A stretch of 64,000 bases of DNA from an uncultured Candidatus Entotheonella sp. GTDB taxonomy: Bacteria > Tectomicrobia > Entotheonellia > Entotheonellales > Entotheonellaceae. The stretch is taken from positions 2,071,151-2,135,150 of the forward strand of contig CBDCDA010000001.1 in assembly GCA_965215335.1 (NCBI GenBank), written 5' to 3'. This document shows, one piece after another, positions 30,274 through 41,303 of the stretch. Every line of letters starts with the position of its first letter. The stretch's first letter is position 1. The notes under the pieces were generated by a model that saw nothing but the letters and a program-made list of their open reading frames with translations, was not told where the DNA came from and ran no database searches. Both the position numbers and the translations under genes were made by a program.

Positions 30274-31398
30274 TTACTTGAGGAAAATCCGGTCTTTCCA
30301 GTAGTAGTCGCTGGCGAACTCGTACGGCGGCCACACGGAGCGCCGATAGGGAACCAGCAACGAGGCGTACGCCTTCTGGGAATCGACCACTTTCTTGATG
30401 AAGGGGTCCTCGGCCATCTTCTGCGCGAGGATCTTGTCGTAGGTCTCCAGGAAGGTGACGAGGATGTCGTTCGGCGTGCGGCGGACCTCGACACCGTGCT
30501 TCTCCACCATTTCCTTGTATGCCGCGGCGTTCTGGCGCTGCCAGCTCACCCACCAGTGGAAGAAGGTGGCCTGCGCCGCGGCGCGCACGATCTCCTGGAG
30601 GTCAGGGGGCAGGCTGTCCCAAGTGCTCTTGTTGACCAGCAGGTCGCCGACGGTGGTGGGTTCGTGCATGCCGGGGGTGTAGTGATACTTCCAGACGTTG
30701 TAGAAACCGAGCTTCAGGTCCTCGATGCCGCCGACCCATTCGGCACCGTCGATAACGCCGCGCTCGGCCGCCGGCAGGATTTCGGCGCCCGGCAGCGTCA
30801 CGACGGTCATGCCCGCCTCTTTGAACACGTCCGCGCCGATGCCGTAAATGCGGAACTTGACGCCTTTGAAGTCTTCCCAGCCGCCGATGGGTTTCTTGAA
30901 CCAGCCCAGGGCCTGTGGCGCCGCCGCCAGGATGGGGAAGCTGACGACGTCGAGCCTCAGGACTTCCTGGTACCACTCGTTGATCAGTTCAAGGCCGCCG
31001 CCTTCCCAGATCCAGCCGAACATGTCGATGGTATCCATGCCGAAGAGCGGTCCGTGGGACAGTGGCACCGCGGCCCAGTGCTTGCCGATGTAGTAGCCGG
31101 GCGCCGTGTGGCCGCCGTCGATGACGCCACGTGCCGTGGCGTCGAGAACCTCGAACGGCCCCACCACGGTGCCGGCGGGCAGCGTGTCGATCTTCAGCCG
31201 GCCGCCCGACATCTTGTCTACCTTGTCGGCGAACATCTCGAAATTGTCATACAGCGTCAGGCCCGACGGCCAACTGGCTTGAAACTTGAGCGTCTTGCTC
31301 TGCGCCAAGGTCTCCGGCAAGTCCCCGGGCCCCAAGCCAAGCATGAGTGCCAGCACTACCAGCGCGCTGCTCACCCCGACCCACATCCGTCTGCTCAT
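30274..31398 (-). CDS. dctP: TRAP substrate-binding protein (TakP/keto-acid type)
   Basis: MSGGRLKI, GWFKKPI, KFRIYG, GVIDGAEW, YYTPGMHEP-like segment. Confidence 0.92.
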   Translation of the reverse strand: MSRRMWVGVSSALVVLALMLGLGPGDLPETLAQSKTLKFQASWPSGLTLYDNFEMFADKVDKMSGGRLKIDTLPAGTVVGPFEVLDATARGVIDGGHTAPGYYIGKHWAAVPLSHGPLFGMDTIDMFGWIWEGGGLELINEWYQEVLRLDVVSFPILAAAPQALGWFKKPIGGWEDFKGVKFRIYGIGADVFKEAGMTVVTLPGAEILPAAERGVIDGAEWVGGIEDLKLGFYNVWKYHYTPGMHEPTTVGDLLVNKSTWDSLPPDLQEIVRAAAQATFFHWWVSWQRQNAAAYKEMVEKHGVEVRRTPNDILVTFLETYDKILAQKMAEDPFIKKVVDSQKAYASLLVPYRRSVWPPYEFASDYYWKDRIFLK

Positions 31399-31442
31399 TC
31401 CCGCTTCTCCTTAGAGTAAGGTCTCCTCAAAAAAAGTGCGCC

Positions 31443-31470
31443 ATCCTAACAGAGATTGAACCCCTGTCAA
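31443..31470 (-). promoter_or_regulatory. Putative sigma70 promoter of dctPQM
   Basis: On minus strand TTGACA-16 bp-TAGGAT, ~45 bp before dctP start. Confidence 0.45.
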
Positions 31471-31783
31471 CCCCCCTGCCGCCTGCGCCCTTGACCGTGC
31501 AGAATCAGGACAGGTTCGCCCACCTTTCCTCTTTCACAACCCGCTCAACCTCGCCTTCCAGCCACCAGAAGGCAGCCAGGCCGCGTAGCAGCCGAAAATC
31601 GACGATCCGTCAGCCAATTGTTGTAAGCGCCTATCCAAAGCGCAACTTCGTCTATGAGCGGCCAAGCTTCCTGCATTCGCACCGGAACAACGCAAATGGG
31701 GGAGACAAAATTGGCCAGCGCGCTCAGAAACCGGATCGCATCGAAACACGACGGCCATGCCGCAAGGGCAGGACTCCTGGCCG

Positions 31784-31999
31784 CTAATACGCTCGTCGAC
31801 CACACCGACTGAACGCCGCAATGCGCACAGCCTCGCGGCTGACGTCCACGCCGTGAATCTGATTGTAAAGCGTCGTCCTGATCGCCTGTCGAGGTGGATC
31901 GACGCCGGCGAGTGTGACGGTGGACGCGGCAGGAGCGCCGTCTGACAAATAGCCAGTGGCTTCGAGCACGTTGCGCAGGAGACCAGCAAGCTCAGACAT
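31784..31999 (-). pseudogene. Collapsed remnant of an N6-adenine methyltransferase (type IIG/Eco57I-like)
   Basis: ATG overlaps DUF1156 stop; short N-terminus joined to LYNQIHGVDVSREAVRIAAFS, resembling the IxGVDxxxxAVxxAxFSL segment of such enzymes. Confidence 0.5.
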
Positions 32000-34720
32000 G
32001 ATCGTTCTCCACGGCGCCGGCGAGGCGGCGAGCGGCGTCAGCATCCACACGCCAGTGGGCGACGTCAAGAGCGGCGAGATAGCGGAGGATGGCGATGAGG
32101 GCCTCGCGCTGCGGCCAGTAGCCGGCGAGTTCGGTGTGCAGCCACGTGAGGCTGTCGGTTACGTCGTCGGTCTCCGCGGCTCGCCAGACGGCGTAGAGAG
32201 CGTGGCGGACGATGCCCTGGCCGGCCAGGTCGGCGCGCCCGAACTCGGAGGCGGTCTTCAGGCGGGTCTGGTTGGCCTTGCCGGTGTGCAGCAGGCGACG
32301 GTAGTCGGGAACGCCGAAGCCGCGCGCGAATTCCTGGTAGACGCCGGCGCGGAAATCGCCGTGGGTTTCGACTTCCAGTCCCTTGAGGTAGAGCTTTTCT
32401 TCCGCGGCCAGGCCGCGCCAGACGTGCGCCGGCAGACCGACGGGAACGAGAAAGTTGCTGGCGGTGCGCACCGCGTCGGCGATGATCCTGGCGAGGGGGT
32501 TGGCCTCGCCGCGCTGGCGCTCGCGCGCGACACGTCCACGTCTTCGATGGCGCGGTAGCCGGTCAACACCCGCAGCGCCGCGGCGTAGGCGGCGAGCTGG
32601 TAGTCGGCATCGGAGAAGTTGGGCGCGTCGCGATCGTCCAGGTCACGCATGGAGGCAAGCTGGCGCTCCACCTCCGCTTCGACCTCGGGCACCACCTCGT
32701 CCAGGAAGGCGGTGTCGGCGGTAGCCTGTTTGCGCAACACCATGAGGACGGTGCCCTGCACGTAGTTGCCTTCCTTGAGGGCGGATTCCGTCTCGGTGGC
32801 GATGGTCCACGCGGCGGTAACGCGCAACCCGGCCGCCCAGAGGATCAGCGCGAGGTCGGCCCAGACGCCGGCATCCTGGTGGGTGAACATGACCACCTGA
32901 AAGCCGTCGTCCGGCATGTGTGCCGTGAGGTTTCGGTAGCAATCCACCATGCTGCGGCGGAAGTGGGCGTCGGTCCCCTGAACGGCGAGCGCACGCTTGC
33001 TGTCGGTGTACCAGTCCGGGAAGAGCGTTTTGAGATGCGTGGCGCTCCAAGCAAGTAAATACTCCGACAATTCGTGATAGTTGACGGCATCAGCGTACGG
33101 GGGATCCGTCAACCAAATATCCCGCCCAACTGTCATGGCACCTGCATCCTCGACAGTTACGTTTGCGCACCCAGCGGTCTCGTACGCGCTCAGGTCTACA
33201 AAAAACGACTTTTCGAGCGCCACCAAGCCTCGCCCCGCGAAGCTATACATCGTGTTTAGCGCTTGGTTGCTGAACGTCTGCTCCGACTTGTCCCCCACTG
33301 TACGAGTGTGCCATCGGCAGAGCTTGGAGTTATAGTCGACGCAGCGAGAAAGCCCCAGGACTGATGCGACTCCATCTCTCCTTCCCGGCGACCCTGAACG
33401 CGCTTCCGACGAGAACAACCCGTTGCTGAGCAGCTGCCGCGGCGTGAACAGGTGATGCCAGTGGGTCCATCCACGCGTCCGAATGAGTTCGTTGGTCTTT
33501 GCCCCCGGTGCAATGGCGCGGCTCGGCAGGAATCCCCGGTGCTGCCAATCCGTGAGGTTCTCGCGCAGCAGCGCCAGAACTCTGGCCTCGCGGTGCAGGT
33601 CGTCATCGCCAACGGCCCGGTACACGACGCCCGGCAACGCCTTGGTCAGCGCGGCCACCGCTTCCTCGCGCCGTTTCCAGGCGCGTGCGCGCAGGCCGGC
33701 AAGCTCGCGCCGGTCGGCGGTGTCGAGCAGCGCGCTCAGGCGGTCGATCGCGTGGTCGAGGGACGTCCACTCCGGAACCGGCGCAGGCCAGCCGCGACTG
33801 CCTGACCGTGCCGGCGTCGCGGGCGGCGACCATGGCGGTGGGCGTCACGCCGGAGCGAACGACGATGTCGAATCTGCGGCCCCCCGGTTGTGGCGTCAGT
33901 TCGGCCACGGTGCGGGTCTTCTCGCCGATCACCCAGCTCGGCGCCATGGGCACCAGCCAGCCGCACTCCGGGCACTTGGTCTCGGTGCAGTAGAGGAAGG
34001 CATCGGCGCGCCAGCCGGCCTCGTCGTGTTCGATGCGCCACGCCGTGATCTGCCGGTCGACCGCCTCGAAGGCGCGATCCTGGGCGCGGCGCACGGCGTG
34101 GGCCGCGGCATCGCCGCCGCCGACGATGTTGAGCGCCCCCCAGGTGAGCAGTGCCGCCACCGGGTTCAGGTCCGAGCCGTACGCTTCGCAGCCGATGCGG
34201 GCTGCCTCGAACGGCACGCTGCCGCCGCCGCAGAAGGCGTCGCCCACGCGCGGGACGCGGCCGAACCGGCGCCTCCCCAGTTCCCGCACGAGACCGGGAA
34301 GGCTCGCGGTGGCGGTGCCGAGATGAGCGTTGATCGCCGGCCACGCGGCCGGCGAAGGGCCGTCAACCTGCTCGGGACGGTCGCAGTACGTGAGCTTCTC
34401 GTCATAATTAAGGCGGTCGAATACCAAGAGTTGCAGGCGCTTTCTTTCCGCGGCCGTTGTGCCTTTCTTCAGCCTGGGAGCGGTCGAATACGCATCGGCG
34501 CCGAACCAGGCGCGGCGTTCATCGGCGTCGAGCCGCCGGTACACCTCCTTCAGGGGAATGCTGCGTCTCTTGCGACGCCGCAGTCCTGCGGCGTCCATGG
34601 TGAGGAGCGCCAGGAGCGTCTCGCGGTCCCGGCGCGGGTCGTCCGAAGCGGGCATGAGCAGGCCGAGAATGACGGCGCGCGTCATGATGAGCGGCTTGCG
34701 GCCCCACCATTTTCCGAGAG
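31992..34720 (-). pseudogene. DUF1156-family adenine DNA methyltransferase (anti-phage associated), frameshifted
   Basis: LGKWWGRKPL, VGDAFCGGGSVPFEA (motif I), CPEC, RTRGWTHWHHLFTPRQL, TDPPY (motif IV), VMFTHQD, NFSDADYQLAAY; spread over ORFs 33603-34685, 32258-33658 and 31992-32471. Confidence 0.88.
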
Positions 34721-34962
34721 GTGTAGCCGCCGCCCATGGCCTGGGTGAGTTTGAACACGCCTTGGGCGGAGCGCCCTTCCAGCCGCCGGAAGCCCTCCGT
34801 CAGCAACGTCTTCATGCCCTCGGTGACGTAGTTTTCGGCGAAGAAATCAGCCGGGTCGATGCGGTCGTCGACCAGATCCGTGAGATCAAGAACGGTGTCG
34901 CGGCGGGTCGGGTCGAACGTGCTGCTCCGGGGCAGGCATGCCTGTTTGACGGTCTTCACCAA
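34721..34962 (-). pseudogene. DUF499 ATPase N-terminal remnant
   Basis: IDPADFFAENYVTEGMKTLL..RRLEG..QGVFKLTQAMGGG, broken at the Walker A motif (expected GGGKT). Confidence 0.82.
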
Positions 34963-35068
34963 GGTCTACCCTTTTCGTCATGGCGAGCCAACACCGCTGC
35001 GCTGTACGAATCCGCTGACACCCGAGCGCATGCCGGAAGCATTGACGCTGAACAACGCGGCCTGAGAG

Positions 35069-36298
35069 TCACCGCACCAGGTGCTCGTAGACCGTCTGCA
35101 GGCCGGCGCGGCCGATGCGCTGGCGGGCGAAGCGCATGCTGCTGGCGCGGCGGTATTCGTGTGGCGTGACGGCGTCGTCGCCGTGCGCCAGGGCGATGCA
35201 GGCCAGCGTCTCCGGCCCGCCCTGAAACTGCTCGGCGCCGGTGACCGCTAGGCCCAGATCGGTATCGTTGCGCCGCCGCACGTTGCGCGCCATGGCGGCA
35301 GCGACCTGGGGGCTGACGATTCCGTGGCGGGCGACCAGCGCCTCGGGCACGTCCAGCAGGCGCTCCAGGGCCGTCGGGTGATGTGCCATGACCGCGGCAA
35401 CGAACCGGTGATCCGGCGCCAATGCGCTGCCCAATTCATGGCCCACGCCACCGCTCATGCCGGACTCCGCAACCGCGATCGTGAGGTCGTGCTGACGCAG
35501 CAGGTCGGCAACGGCCTGATCGTACTCCACCGCATCGCGCCCGAACACGGCCTTGCCCAGGCGCTGCCGCACCGTGGCCTCCAGCGGGTCGAGCAGCGCG
35601 GCCGCGGCCGCCTCATCCGTCTCCTTGGCCGTCAGGCGCACGTGGATTTCGCCAAGCTGCATCTGCGCCAGCAGGCCGATCGTCGGGTTCGATCCCTCCT
35701 GGATCAGGTCGTCCAGCGTCTCGTCGATGTAGCTCTCGGTCAGCCCGAGGCACTTCAGGGTCCGCGACACCAGTACCGACTGCACCCGAAACCGCTCCTT
35801 GAGATGCGGCAGCACGGCGTTCTCCATCAGGTAGCGCAACTCCCCCGGCACGCCGGGGAAACACACCACCGCGCCGCCGCGCGGTGTCGGCGCCACGAAA
35901 ATGGGCGCGGTTCCCACCGGGTTCCCGATGGGCAGCGCGCCGGCCGGCACGTACGCCTGCCGGGCGTTGTTCTCCGTGTAGCGGCTTCCCATCATCGCCC
36001 TGATCTGCTCCAGCAGGTCGGGGTGCATCTCCAGCGGCACGCCGAGCACCTCGGCCACCGACTCGCGCGTCAGGTCGTCCAGGGTCGGACCGATGCCGCC
36101 GGTCGTCAGCACCAGGTCGCTGCGGTCAACCGCCCGCTGCAGCGTCTCGACGATACGGCCCTTGTTGTCCCCCACGGTGCTCTTGTAGTACAGATCGATC
36201 CCCAGGCTCGACAGCTGCTGCGCGATGTAGGCGGCGTTGGTATCGATGATCTGCCCGAGGAGCAGTTCCGTGCCGACCACGATGATCTCGGCTTGCAT
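35069..36298 (-). CDS. cinA: CinA-family protein (MocF/ADP-ribose pyrophosphatase domain plus degenerate PncC domain)
   Basis: VGTELLLGQIIDTNA, TVGDN, TGGIGPTLDDLTRE, NPVGTAP, PGVPGE; C-terminal AVAES..VS..VA.AMA. Confidence 0.9.
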   Translation of the reverse strand: MQAEIIVVGTELLLGQIIDTNAAYIAQQLSSLGIDLYYKSTVGDNKGRIVETLQRAVDRSDLVLTTGGIGPTLDDLTRESVAEVLGVPLEMHPDLLEQIRAMMGSRYTENNARQAYVPAGALPIGNPVGTAPIFVAPTPRGGAVVCFPGVPGELRYLMENAVLPHLKERFRVQSVLVSRTLKCLGLTESYIDETLDDLIQEGSNPTIGLLAQMQLGEIHVRLTAKETDEAAAAALLDPLEATVRQRLGKAVFGRDAVEYDQAVADLLRQHDLTIAVAESGMSGGVGHELGSALAPDHRFVAAVMAHHPTALERLLDVPEALVARHGIVSPQVAAAMARNVRRRNDTDLGLAVTGAEQFQGGPETLACIALAHGDDAVTPHEYRRASSMRFARQRIGRAGLQTVYEHLVR

Positions 36299-36310
36299 GC
36301 CAACGCTCTC

Positions 36311-36790
36311 CTACTCGCTGTCGAAACGCTGAATGTCCAGGATGCGCAGGTGGCGGGTGCCCGCCGGCAGGACGATATCAGCGTCATCGTCGAGTTCTTT
36401 GCCAACGAGCCCGCGGCCCAGGGCGGACAGATAGGAAATGATGTTTTGTTCCGGCACCGCGTCCGCTTCGCCCAAAAGGGTGTACGTCACCTCCTCCTTG
36501 CTTTCCAGGTCGAGGCACAACACCCGGGTGCCAATGGACACGCGCTCGCACGAGACCGGCAAGTCCTCGATGAAACGGGGAGAGCGGAGTTGCCCTTCGA
36601 GCTCGTGAATGCGCCGCTGGACCTGCTCCAACTGCTCGCGTGCGGCGTGGTACTCGGCGTTCTCGCTGAGGTCGCCCTCACGGGCAGCGGCGTTCTTTGC
36701 CCGGCTCAGGTTCATCAGGTCCTCAGAGCGCAACTTCTGCAAATCCTCGGAGAGTCGTGCATGCGCTGCACGGGTAAAAAAATGGCTCAT
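36311..36790 (-). CDS. greA: Transcription elongation factor GreA
   Basis: EGDLSENAEYHAARE, ISYLSALGRGLVGK. Confidence 0.93.
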   Translation of the reverse strand: MSHFFTRAAHARLSEDLQKLRSEDLMNLSRAKNAAAREGDLSENAEYHAAREQLEQVQRRIHELEGQLRSPRFIEDLPVSCERVSIGTRVLCLDLESKEEVTYTLLGEADAVPEQNIISYLSALGRGLVGKELDDDADIVLPAGTRHLRILDIQRFDSE

Positions 36791-37005
36791 AAAACGTTAC
36801 GTCTCCTCACTTTGGCTGGGATTTCGTACGAAAAAAGCGCAGGCATGTCCAATTTCGCATGATCACTGCGCGGTGTCAAAGCGCCAATCGATTCTGCACG
36901 CCGGGATTTCCGGCCCGTTCCGGCGCCTTGTGCCCCCCCTATCGATCTGCTACATTGCGTCCCGGTTCCGAGAATAACCCAACAGGGCTTGTGGGTGGTA
37001 CCCGA

Positions 37006-37749
37006 ATGGTCACGCGCCTTCTCCGCCGGCGCCAGGCTTCCAGGTCGGCCAGGAGTCTGATGCGCGCTGCGCTCATCGAGGCTTTGCAGTCGCCCGCCTG
37101 CGCACTCTGCCAGATCGCCCGGCAAAACAATCCGCGATACGTGGAAACCCTGCTCGATGAGGCAGTCATCGACGTTGAGCAGCGGGACGCCTGGCGGGCC
37201 GCCAAGGGCTTGTGCAATTGGCACGCCTGGATGGCCGTCAAGACGCCGCAAGGTGCTGGCAGCCTGGCCATCCTGTACCACGACGTGCTGCGGTACGACC
37301 TGTCGCGGATCGATTCCCTCACCGCCCCGGACGGCGACGGACGGCAGCGCCGGTTCAAGCGGCGCCTGCGAACCTGGCTGGATTCGTGGCAATCGGGGTC
37401 GTGTCCCACCTGCCGCACCTGGGTGGAGCAGGAACGCCTGTACGTCCAGGTGCTGCTGAACGACTGGCACGAACCCGCTTTGTCTCGAGCCTTTGCGGAT
37501 TCGGTCGGCCTGTGCTGGCCGCACGTGCGGCGCTTGACGGACTGGCAGCCGGGTCATCACAACCTGCCAGACGTTCTCAAGGCGCAGCGCACCCGCCTCG
37601 AGTGCTTGCAGCGTGACCTGGAATCGTTCATTCGGAAGCTCGACTACCGCTTCGCCGATGAGCCGTATGGGCCCGAAGCGGACGCTTGGCGGCGTGCGGT
37701 ATCGCTCTACGCGGGCGCCGCCGGCTGGCTGGGCAGCGCGCCACCGTAA
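37006..37749 (+). CDS. DUF6062-like putative double zinc-binding protein
   Basis: Two CxxC...GLCxxH repeats (CALC/GLCNWH; CPTC/GLCWPH); FIRKLDYRF. Confidence 0.7.
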   Translation: MVTRLLRRRQASRSARSLMRAALIEALQSPACALCQIARQNNPRYVETLLDEAVIDVEQRDAWRAAKGLCNWHAWMAVKTPQGAGSLAILYHDVLRYDLSRIDSLTAPDGDGRQRRFKRRLRTWLDSWQSGSCPTCRTWVEQERLYVQVLLNDWHEPALSRAFADSVGLCWPHVRRLTDWQPGHHNLPDVLKAQRTRLECLQRDLESFIRKLDYRFADEPYGPEADAWRRAVSLYAGAAGWLGSAPP

Positions 37750-37773
37750 CCTGACGCGAGGAGCCGCTCCAGC

Positions 37774-38598
37774 ATGCCCGAACTGCCCGAAGTGGAAACC
37801 ATCCGGCGGGGTCTCAGCCAGCAACTCGTGGGACGCACGGTCAGTGCCGTCCGGGTGCGGCAGGCGAGACTCCGCCATATGGTCGACGCTCCGGTGCTGT
37901 GCGAGCACGCTGTTGGCCGCATCATCGACCGGGTGGAGCGCCGGGCCAAATACCTGCTGATCCACTTGCAGCCCGACCGGGTCCTGCTGTTCCATCTCGG
38001 CATGAGCGGACGCCTCCGGGTCGGCGCTCCCACCGGCGAGAACGCCAAGCACGATCACCTGATCTTTCAGATGGGGCCGGACCTGGAGATGCGGTTCCAC
38101 GACCCGCGTCGGTTCGGCATGTGCCTGCCCACCAGGGTCGCCGACCTGCCGCATCACCCGCGTCTGCGCGGCCTCGGCGAGGAGCCCTTGTCGGAAGCCT
38201 TCACCAGTGGTTACCTGCAAGTGCAGGCAAAACGGTCGCGCAAGCCCGTCAAGAATTTCCTGATGGACGCCGCGGTGGTCGTCGGCATAGGCAACATCTA
38301 CGCCAGTGAAAGTCTGTATCTGGCCAAGTTGCGCCCCACCCGCCCCGTGGATCGCTTGCGTCCCGTCCACTGGGCGCGCCTGCACGGCTCGCTGCGCCAG
38401 GTGCTGCAAGCCGCTATCGACAGGCACGGCACCTCGCTGTCGGACTACGTTGACAGCAACGGCGAGCGGGGCGAGTTCCAGAACGAGTTGCTCGTGTATG
38501 GCCGCGAGGGCGAGCCGTGCACCCGCGACGGCCACCGCATCAAGCGCATCGTGCAGGCGGGGCGGAGCAGCTTTTACTGCCCGTGGTGTCAACGCTGA
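37774..38598 (+). CDS. mutM: Formamidopyrimidine-DNA glycosylase
   Basis: MPELPEVET, RRAKYL, HLGMSG, GIGNIYASE, C-terminal zinc finger region ..FYCPWCQ. Confidence 0.96.
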   Translation: MPELPEVETIRRGLSQQLVGRTVSAVRVRQARLRHMVDAPVLCEHAVGRIIDRVERRAKYLLIHLQPDRVLLFHLGMSGRLRVGAPTGENAKHDHLIFQMGPDLEMRFHDPRRFGMCLPTRVADLPHHPRLRGLGEEPLSEAFTSGYLQVQAKRSRKPVKNFLMDAAVVVGIGNIYASESLYLAKLRPTRPVDRLRPVHWARLHGSLRQVLQAAIDRHGTSLSDYVDSNGERGEFQNELLVYGREGEPCTRDGHRIKRIVQAGRSSFYCPWCQR

Positions 38599-38704
38599 GG
38601 TCAGAGCTTCAGGAAGTGGAGGGTAAAAACGTGTCGAGACAGAACCGTGGCGAGAACTTTCCATTGGACTCAACTTTATCGCACAAGTGTGGGGATGTCT
38701 GGAA

Positions 38705-39514
38705 GTGTCATCGCTAACTGAATTTCGCAACATTGCCGAAGAAGCGGCACAGGTCGGTGGCTGCGTTCTGATGCAGCATCGCTATCAGCCGCTCGAAATC
38801 GAGCACAAGGACCGTCAGGAAGTCGTCACCAACGTTGACCGCGAGGCCGACGAGGCCATCTGCGGCGTCATCAAGCACCATTTCCCCGACCACGCCATCG
38901 TCAGCGAGGAATCCGGCATCAGCCGCGCCGCTTCGCCCTACACGTGGATCATCGACCCCCTCGACGGCACCGAGTCGTACATCCGCGGCCAGAATTTCTC
39001 CGGCGTCACGGTGGCGCTGCTCAAGGGCGGCGAGACGCTCGTGGGCGTCGTCTTCCACCCCTTCCAGGACGAGCTTTACGCCGCGGTGCGCGACGGCGAA
39101 ACGACGGTCAACGGGCACTCGGCGCGGGTCAGCGACATCGCCGACATCGCGCAGGCGCGCCTGATCCTCGATTATTCGCCGCGCGACGCCTTGCGGCAGC
39201 GCCTCTTTGCCGTGGAGTGGGCGCACGGCATGAAGCAGATGTTTCGCATCGGTGGCTCGGTGGCGCTGAACATGTGTCTGGTGGCCAAGGGAGCGGCGGA
39301 AGGTTACGTCTACGGTCGCCGCCGCAATCGCGTCAAGACCTGGGACGTGGCCGCCGCGGCGCTCCTGGTGCAGGGCGCCGGCGGCTGCGTGCTGGACCGC
39401 CTCGGACACCCGCTGGATGCCAACCAGCCGCAGGGCTACCTGCTGTGCCACAACCGGCGGCTCGACGTGCCCGGCCTGTTCGGCGGTCACGAGCCCTCGG
39501 AGCAGACCGCCTAA
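38705..39514 (+). CDS. Inositol monophosphatase family protein
   Basis: VTNVD, SEE, WIIDPLDGT, WDVAAA; start uncertain. Confidence 0.9.
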   Translation: MSSLTEFRNIAEEAAQVGGCVLMQHRYQPLEIEHKDRQEVVTNVDREADEAICGVIKHHFPDHAIVSEESGISRAASPYTWIIDPLDGTESYIRGQNFSGVTVALLKGGETLVGVVFHPFQDELYAAVRDGETTVNGHSARVSDIADIAQARLILDYSPRDALRQRLFAVEWAHGMKQMFRIGGSVALNMCLVAKGAAEGYVYGRRRNRVKTWDVAAAALLVQGAGGCVLDRLGHPLDANQPQGYLLCHNRRLDVPGLFGGHEPSEQTA

Positions 39515-40164
39515 TGGTCGCTCCGGCGCTGCCTCTGCAGGTATTCCAGGCTTTTTTGATACCACGCTTCGGGGATTTTCCGGCTCTCGCCGAGGTAATG
39601 CAGGACGGATTCCAGCGTCAGGATCGAAACCAGGTTGACCCCAAGGTGTTTCAGGCGTGCCTGGCCGCCCTCCTGACGATCGATCAGGACCAGCGCGTCG
39701 CGTACCGGCAAGCCCTCCTGCTGCAGGGTCTCGGTAGTGTGCGCAATGCTGCGGCCGCCCGTCACCAGGTCGTCGAGGATGAGCACGCGCTGCCCGACTT
39801 CGTAGACGCCTTCGATGATACCGGCTTGGCCATTGTGGGTGGGTTTGAGGTAGATCAGCGGCGTCCCGGAAATCAGCGAGAACGCCGTGGCCAGGTGGAG
39901 GCCGCCGAGGGGAATGCCGGCGACGAGATCGTAGGGCGCCAAGTGCGGATGCCGCATGGCCTGGAGGGTTTGCACCTCTGCCAGCATGAGCTCGGCAGCA
40001 TGCCGCAGCGCCTCCGGGTTGCTGATCAGCCGGCGCAGATTGACGTACACCGGCGAGTTCACGACGGTTTCCCCGAGGGAAAAGTCGCCAAATTGCACGC
40101 CGCCGAGATTCCAAAGTTCCTCGGCCAGCCACAAGCTGGCTACCCGCTCGTCTCCTGAGGCCAT
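39511..40164 (-). CDS. pyrE: Orotate phosphoribosyltransferase-like PRTase
   Basis: QFGDFSL, SPVYVNLR, PRPP loop VLILDDLVTGGRS, LIDRQEGG. Confidence 0.75.
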   Translation of the reverse strand: MASGDERVASLWLAEELWNLGGVQFGDFSLGETVVNSPVYVNLRRLISNPEALRHAAELMLAEVQTLQAMRHPHLAPYDLVAGIPLGGLHLATAFSLISGTPLIYLKPTHNGQAGIIEGVYEVGQRVLILDDLVTGGRSIAHTTETLQQEGLPVRDALVLIDRQEGGQARLKHLGVNLVSILTLESVLHYLGESRKIPEAWYQKSLEYLQRQRRSDH

Positions 40165-40254
40165 CTGGCACGGTCCTTTCGCTGTGAGGATATTCCGGTG
40201 CGGAGGGATCACTCTTACCACAGGTAGACCGACCGTTCAATGGAGGACGCAACC

Positions 40255-41292
<1,038 letters not shown>

Positions 41293-41303
41293 CCGCTGGT
41301 CGC

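Noticed and set aside
36787..38733. 648-aa minus-strand ORF
   Set aside because: Antisense shadow of the DUF6062-like gene and mutM; no motifs; typical of GC-rich DNA
38705..39514. IMPase as CysQ partner of sat-cysC
   Set aside because: 16 kb away and not distinguishable from SuhB-type enzymes by eye
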